Positions 58,700 through 64,000 of a DNA stretch of 64,000 nt are shown here, in pieces. The notes under the pieces are model-generated. The model was given only the letters and a program-made list of their open reading frames with translations, did no database searches and had not been told where the DNA came from. How positions within the stretch are numbered: the first letter of the stretch is position 1; every line of letters begins with the position of its first letter. Source of the stretch: Blastocatellia bacterium (GTDB lineage: Bacteria; Acidobacteriota; Blastocatellia; RBC074); the NCBI GenBank assembly GCA_046331525.1, contig JAXLQQ010000026.1:330-64329 (forward strand), given 5' to 3'. The position numbers and the translations under genes were made by a program.

Positions 58700-59752
58700 A
58701 TGACTCAAGCAATGGCAGCAGTCGTGCGAGTATGACTTAACCCCTGGTTCTGTCGAAGTGCGCGAAATGCCGGTTCCTGAAATCGGCGAAGATGAAGTGT
58801 TATTACAAGTTGGTGGCGTCAGCGTCTGTGGCAGTGATGTGCATCAATATCACGGTTCGCAAAGCTGGCCCGTCAATACGCCGGTCGTCTTAGGCCACGA
58901 ATTTGGTGGCACCGTCGCAGCGCTTGGCAAGCGGGTCAAAAACTTCAAAGAAGGCGACCGCGTCGTGTCGGAAACCGCCGCGTACATTTGCGGCACCTGC
59001 ATGATGTGTCGCACAGGCGCGTATAATTTGTGTCCGCAGCGTAAAGGATTTGGCTGCAGCATTCACGGCGCGATGGCCGGGTTTGTGCGCGTACCGGAAC
59101 GCTGCCTGCATCCGATTCCCGATCATTTGCCGTTTGAAAAAGCAGCGCTGACAGAAACCTTGTTGCGTTGGCTACAACTGCGTGATTAAAGAAAAAAGCA
59201 AGTCAAACCGGGCGATACCGTCGTGGTGTTGGGGCCGGGGCCGATTGAGTTGCTGTGCGCCGAAATGGCGCGGCTCGCAGGCGCGGGAACGTTGATCATT
59301 GCGGGGATGGCCCAAGATGCCTCCCGGCTTGAAACGGCGAAACAACTCGGCGTAACGCACGCGATCAATTTGCAGGAAACGAACTTGACGGACTTTGTAC
59401 TGGCGGCGATGGACTCGGCGCGCACCTGGTCGTAAGGCAGCAGGCGCTTCGGCAGCCTTGAAATCTGCGCTCGAAATCGTGCGACCTGGCGGGCAAATTA
59501 CGAAAGTCGGTTGGGGGCCGCAGCCGCTCGGTTTCTCGCTCGATCCGCTGGTGCAAAAGGCTGTGCGCTTGCAGGGCAGCTTCAGCCACACGTTCGAGAA
59601 TTGGGAAATGGTCGTTTCGATGCTGGCTTCGGGGCAGATAATCTGAAGCCGATCATTAGTGTTGTTTCCACGCTCGAAAAATTGGAAGGATTGTTTTGAT
59701 GGCATGCACGACGGCAAGCTATGTGAAGGCCGTTTTGCAGCCGCAATCATAA
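58700..59752 (+). pseudogene. Zinc-type (MDR) alcohol/polyol dehydrogenase with at least seven frame changes
   Basis: GVSVCGSDVHQYHG, VLGHEFGG and CGTCMMCRTGAYNLC (structural Zn) read in frame 0. PCCVGYNCV reads in another frame. VVVLGPGPIELLCAEMA reads in frame 0, and AAGASAALKSALEIVRPGGQITKVG in frame 1. The C-terminus is split again. Confidence 0.8.
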
Positions 59753-59784
59753 TTGGCCGTGAGCCGATTACAGTAAACTCCCCT

Positions 59785-60962
59785 ATGTTACGTCTTGCCT
59801 AATTGGATCACTTTTTATTGCAAACTGTGCGGTAGCCATAGCGCAAACGACGGCTACGACCACCGCACAGACGACTGCAACACAAACGACTGCGCCTTTG
59901 ACTGATAACATCCCGGTGCAGGCGATCAAGGCTCCGCGCACGCCGTTGCCGACCGAAGCGGCCTCGGCCAGCGTCACAGAGATTTTCATTGCTTTGTCTA
60001 CGGCGACACGCGCGGGCGGCGCGATGGCTTCCGAGTTACAATACGAACATTCCCTCATCATCAATTCGATGGTGGCGCAAATCAAGCTGGAAAAAGACGT
60101 TGTATCCTGTGCGCTTCGTTTTGCAAAGCGGCGATGGCGTAGCGAATGGTGCGATGGGGAAGCAGTGGAACACCAGCTACACATTGATCTCATCAACAAA
60201 CTGACGCAGGACGGTGGGGTGCCATACTTTCTTGCGCCGGGGAATCACGATGTCAGCAGCGCGGATACACACGATGCGGAACGACGTCAGCCGGGGTTGA
60301 AAAACTATTACGCGGCGAATGCCGAATTGCTGCCGCGCGATGGTTCGCTGCGACGGTTGAGCGATTATCCGGTGTTCTCTTTCGGCTATGGCAACACGTT
60401 TGTCCTCGCGTTTGATTCCAACATTGCGGGCGATGAGAAACAGTTTGCCTGGGTCAAAGCGCAACTGGACGGGTTAGACAAACGTCGCTACAAAAGCATC
60501 ATTGTGTATAGCCATCATCCGGCCTTTCCTCTGGCCCGCACGGTGGCGCACACGTCGAGAAATCGACACAAATTATTCGTGATCGCTATATGCCGCTCTT
60601 TCGCCAGCATCGTCAAAATCTTCTTCAATGGCCACGAGCATATGTTTGAGCATTGGGTAGAGCGCTACGAAGACAGCACAGGCAAACACCGCCTTGACCA
60701 TGTGCTTTCTGGCGGTGGCGGTGCGCCGTTGTATGCCTACGCGGGCGATCCTGACATTCGGCCTTACGTAAAGCAGTACGAAGCCGAGAAAGTCTCGCTT
60801 GAACGTATTGCTAAGCCACCAGCGGAGCCAGGCGGCGGCGCGTATCATTACGTGATGGTACAGGTGGATGGCGAAGACATTAAACTGGAAGTCGTCGGAC
60901 TAGACTGGGGCCGCGACTTCCAACCCTATCGCAGTAACAAAGCCAGTCTCAATGAAAAATAA
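59785..60962 (+). pseudogene. Secreted metallophosphoesterase (calcineurin-like) with at least seven frame changes
   Basis: The signal peptide (MLRLA / LIGSLFIANCAVAIAQ) is split by a shift. FVYGDTRGRRDGF, LYPVRFVLQSGDGVANG...QWN and PHGGAHVEKSTQIIRDRYMPLFRQHR read in alternate frames. LAPGNHDV and FFNGHEHMFEH read in the main frame. Confidence 0.75.
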
Positions 60963-60972
60963 GGTTGAAGTA

Positions 60973-61854
60973 ATGCCAAAACTAAGTGTTTTTCCCAAAT
61001 GTTATATGGACGAATTGTGCGTAACACGCACGATGACGTTATTTGAATGGATTGATCTGGCCGCCACACTTGATGTGGACGGGCTGGAAATGTACCCCGG
61101 TTTCTTTGCCAACTTCGAGCCGGAATATATTGCGCAGGTCAAACAGCACGCTGAGTCGAAAGGCTTGGAAATTCCGATGATGTGCTGTTCGCCCGATTTC
61201 ACCCAACACGATGCAGCGGCACGCGCGGCGGAACTCGACAAAGAAAAATTCTGGATTGATCTGACCGCACAACTCGGCGGCAAATATTGTCGCGTGTTGA
61301 CAGGCCAGCGCCGCGAAGACGTGTCGCGTGCGGACGGCGTGCGATATTCGGTCGAAGGCATCAACGCCGCGATTCCGTATGCTGCCGAACGCGGCATCGT
61401 GCTGAATATGGAAAATCATTACAAGGACGGCTACTGGAAATATCCCGAATTTGCGCAGCATCTGGATGTCTTTCTGGAAATCATCAACCAGATTGATTCG
61501 CCCTGGTTTGGGGTGAATTTCGATCCGTCCAATTCGATCATCTGCGGCGAAGACCCGCTGGATGTGCTCGCCGCTGTCAAACATCGCGTCGTCACGATGC
61601 ACGCTTCCGACCGCTACTTGATCAGCGGCACGATTGAAGATTTAAAATCACAGGACGGCTCGCTGGGCTATGCGAAAAACCTCAAGCATGGTGTAATCGG
61701 CAAAGGCTTGAACGACTACGACGCAATTTTTTCAACCTTGAAAGCAGAAGGTTTCAACGGCTGGGTTTCGATTGAAGACGGCGAAAACGGCATGGATGAA
61801 TTGCGGGAATCTGTAGGGTTTTTGCGGGAGAAAATGGCACAATATTTTGGATGA
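60973..61854 (+). CDS. Sugar phosphate isomerase/epimerase (xylose-isomerase-like TIM barrel)
   Basis: 293 aa. LDVDGLEMY, YCRVLTG, IVLNMENHY and VNFDPSNSI are the typical AP_endonuc_2/TIM-barrel pattern. Intact. Confidence 0.8.
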   Translation: MPKLSVFPKCYMDELCVTRTMTLFEWIDLAATLDVDGLEMYPGFFANFEPEYIAQVKQHAESKGLEIPMMCCSPDFTQHDAAARAAELDKEKFWIDLTAQLGGKYCRVLTGQRREDVSRADGVRYSVEGINAAIPYAAERGIVLNMENHYKDGYWKYPEFAQHLDVFLEIINQIDSPWFGVNFDPSNSIICGEDPLDVLAAVKHRVVTMHASDRYLISGTIEDLKSQDGSLGYAKNLKHGVIGKGLNDYDAIFSTLKAEGFNGWVSIEDGENGMDELRESVGFLREKMAQYFG

Positions 61855-61858
61855 AATT

Positions 61859-62635
61859 ATGAGTCGCTTAGAAAATAAAGTTGCAGTTATCACAGCTTCT
61901 ACACAAGGTATGGGCGAGGGCATTGCTCGTTTATTTGCCAGCGAAGGCGCAAGCGTGGTTATCTCCGGTCGCAATGAAAATAATGGCAACGCCATCGTCG
62001 AAAGCATTACTAGCGAAGGCGGCAAAGCAATTTTCCAACGTGCGGATGTTACGGTCGAAGCGGATTGCCGCAATTTGGTTGATCGTGCGGTCGAAGCTTT
62101 TGGCAAAGTGGATGTGCTCGTCAATAATGCGGGCGACAGCACTCGTTGCACGATTGAAGATGCGACGGTTGAATTGTGGGATCGGCTCTTTGCGATCAAC
62201 GTGCGCGGCGCGTTCATCTGCGCGCAGCAATTCTTTCAGCACAACAAAGAACGGCGTGCCGGTTCGATCATCAACATCGGTTCGGTAAATGCTTATATCG
62301 GTGAACCTGCTTTGCTGGCCTATTCAGCAGCGAAAGGTGGCCTGATGACGTTCACGAAAAATCTGGCGAGTTATTTGACTCGCTACCGGATTCGCGTCAA
62401 TCAATTGAATGTTGGTTGGACGGAAACGCCTAACGAACACGTGGTAAAAAAGCTCGAAGGCAAAGGCGAGGACTGGCTGGAAGAAGCCTATAAAACCCGA
62501 CCCTTCGGACGCCTGTTGCTGCCGCGCGATATTGCGTATGCTGCAACATATTTTGCCAGCGACGAAAGCGAATGCATCAGCGGTTCGGTGCTGGATATGG
62601 AACAGCATCCGGTTGGCGCACCGCCGAAATTGTAA
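61859..62635 (+). CDS. SDR-family oxidoreductase
   Basis: NKVAVITASTQGMGEGIA (variant glycine-rich motif, ITASTQGMG), NNAG, YSAAKGG (YxxxK). Intact. Confidence 0.85.
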   Translation: MSRLENKVAVITASTQGMGEGIARLFASEGASVVISGRNENNGNAIVESITSEGGKAIFQRADVTVEADCRNLVDRAVEAFGKVDVLVNNAGDSTRCTIEDATVELWDRLFAINVRGAFICAQQFFQHNKERRAGSIINIGSVNAYIGEPALLAYSAAKGGLMTFTKNLASYLTRYRIRVNQLNVGWTETPNEHVVKKLEGKGEDWLEEAYKTRPFGRLLLPRDIAYAATYFASDESECISGSVLDMEQHPVGAPPKL

Positions 62636-62654
62636 ATCTCGTAACATAACTTTT

Positions 62655-64000
62655 ATGCGCTCACTACGGCTCCGATTCTCGCTCGTTATTTTGTTGTCTT
62701 TTTTGCTTGTCGTTGCGCCGCTTGGCGCGCAGACAAAGAAACCGGCACCGCCCAAAATCAAACTCGTGCTCGGCATTGTGATTGATCAATTCCGATACGA
62801 TTACCTGACCCGCTTTGAAGATCAGTTCGGCGAAGGGGGCTTCAAACGCTTCCTGCAAGGCGGCGCGGTATTCACAAACGCGCATTACCCGTACACGCCG
62901 ACGGTCACCGCCTGTGGGCACGCAGTGTTTATGACAGGGTCACTGCCTTCCGAAAATGGCATCATTGCGAATGAATGGTGGGATCGGGAAAGCGGTAAAC
63001 GGATTACGAGTGTCGTGGATGCGAATACGAAACTGCTCGGCGGCAAAGAGGCCGAAGGCTCGTCGCCCCGACGGTTGCTCAGTTCGACAATTGGCGATCA
63101 GTTGAAACTGACAACGGCAGGACAGGCTAAAGTTATCGGCGTTTCGCTAAAGGATCGCGCCGCGATTTTACCCGCTGGACATAAGGCTAACGGGGCGTAT
63201 TGGTATGACGACACAACGGGCAGGATTGTTTCTAGTACATACTACTTCAACGATCTGCCTGCATGGGTGAAACAATTCAATCAGGACAACTGTGCCGACA
63301 AATACTTCGGCAAAAAATGGGAAAAGCTGTTGCCAGATGCTGCGTATGCGCGCTCACTACCCGACGATTCGCCGTTTGAAAAATGGGCGTATGGCAAGAC
63401 GTTTCCGCACATCATTACAGGCGGCGAGGACAAACCCGGCAGCAAGTTTTTCAAGCAATTTGAGGGAACGCCCTTTGCTAACGAAATGCTCGTTAATCTG
63501 GCCAAAGCCGCGATTGAAAATGAACAGCTTGGACAAGACGATGTACCAGACGTGTTGACGGTCAGTTTTTCCGCCAACGATATTCTCGGTCACGCCGTTG
63601 GTCCAAACAGCCCCGAAGCGCAGGACATCACGTTGCGCACGGATCGCCTGCTCGCGGAGTTTCTGGCGTATGTTGACAAGAAGGTCGGTCTTCAAAATAC
63701 AGTGATTGCCTTTACTGCCGATCACGGCGTTGCTCCGGTGCCGGAACACGCGCAATCGCTTGGCCTGGGCGGGCGGATGGAGACGAAAGACGTTACGGAT
63801 GCCATTAATAATGCGCTCAACAAACGCTTTGGCGAAGAAAAGTGGGTGTCGTTGTTTACTTATGGCAACGTGTTTTTTGATTACGCCGCCTTAGCACATC
63901 GCAAGGCTTCGCACGTAGAAGTTGAGCAAATCGCCAGTGAAGCCGTGCTCAAACTCAAGGGGATGGCAGAAGCGTTTACACGCACAGATATTTTGGCCGG
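62655..64000 (+). CDS. Secreted alkaline phosphatase family protein (PafA/NPP-like); 3' end cut by the window edge
   Basis: Manual translation from the ATG at 62655 gives MRSLRLRFSLVILLSFLLVVAPLGAQ..., IVIDQFRYDYL, YTPTVTACGHAVFMTGS (Thr nucleophile region), SFSANDILGH and AFTADHGV. The frame stays open to position 64000, so it is absent from the ORF track. Confidence 0.8.
   Translation, partial: MRSLRLRFSLVILLSFLLVVAPLGAQTKKPAPPKIKLVLGIVIDQFRYDYLTRFEDQFGEGGFKRFLQGGAVFTNAHYPYTPTVTACGHAVFMTGSLPSENGIIANEWWDRESGKRITSVVDANTKLLGGKEAEGSSPRRLLSSTIGDQLKLTTAGQAKVIGVSLKDRAAILPAGHKANGAYWYDDTTGRIVSSTYYFNDLPAWVKQFNQDNCADKYFGKKWEKLLPDAAYARSLPDDSPFEKWAYGKTFPHIITGGEDKPGSKFFKQFEGTPFANEMLVNLAKAAIENEQLGQDDVPDVLTVSFSANDILGHAVGPNSPEAQDITLRTDRLLAEFLAYVDKKVGLQNTVIAFTADHGVAPVPEHAQSLGLGGRMETKDVTDAINNALNKRFGEEKWVSLFTYGNVFFDYAALAHRKASHVEVEQIASEAVLKLKGMAEAFTRTDILA

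Noticed and set aside
1-64000. A prophage, integrative element, defence island or toxin-antitoxin system
   Set aside because: The window has no integrase, transposase, phage structural, restriction, Cas, retron/RT or TA-like genes. Apart from the 26.4-26.9 kb gap I saw no abrupt compositional shift. The content is core metabolism, signalling and envelope functions.

Overview
This is a 64-kb chromosomal segment, moderately GC-rich by eye, with about 50 protein-coding genes. I found no rRNA, tRNA, CRISPR array, IS element or prophage. The gene content suggests an Acidobacteriota-like soil bacterium. That is an inference from two >1,100-aa TonB-dependent receptors with carboxypeptidase-regulatory-like N-termini, PEP-CTERM/XrtA-type exopolysaccharide genes, and Tat-signal Gfo/Idh/MocA plus DUF1080 genes. 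Left to right the window holds: (1) a minus-strand cluster of AP-like phosphatase, TonB receptor, APC permease, glutamine-synthetase-like enzyme and SDR; (2) valS, folE, purF, an MBL hydrolase, DUF3006, purM and RidA; (3) an S9 peptidase; (4) a chemotaxis-like sensory module with no MCP (stand-alone CheB, a ~5-kb CheB-CheR-PAS/GAF-histidine kinase, a NarL-type regulator, a pseudo-receiver); (5) purN and a secreted CAP-domain protein; (6) a minus-strand EPS locus (sigma-like regulator, PEP-CTERM-type deacetylase, FemAB and glycosyltransferase, Wzm/Wzt exporter); (7) glgP; (8) a tight trio of DUF4388/J-domain/TPR protein, HD-GYP and a degenerate Dam-like protein, followed by a soluble kinase; (9) a lipoate cluster (lpd, E2, lipB, a DAACS symporter, lipA, ferredoxin); (10) a second TonB receptor; (11) a sugar-metabolism-type block. 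In that last block four neighbouring genes carry many frameshifts and one nonsense codon, while their neighbours are intact. Disrupted reading frames also occur in purM (in-frame TAG), the CheB-CheR kinase (three -1 shifts), the Dam-like gene (one shift) and E2 (an opposite-sign indel pair enclosing an in-frame stop). Most indels sit at short homopolymers, so consensus error and genuine decay cannot be separated from sequence alone. Many intergenic gaps carry palindromic REP-like elements from several recurring families. I see no compelling evidence for a wholly new multi-gene system. The most unusual candidates are the MCP-less CheB/CheR kinase module, the J-domain/HD-GYP/Dam-like trio, the atypical sigma-like regulator heading the EPS locus, and the decayed gene block.
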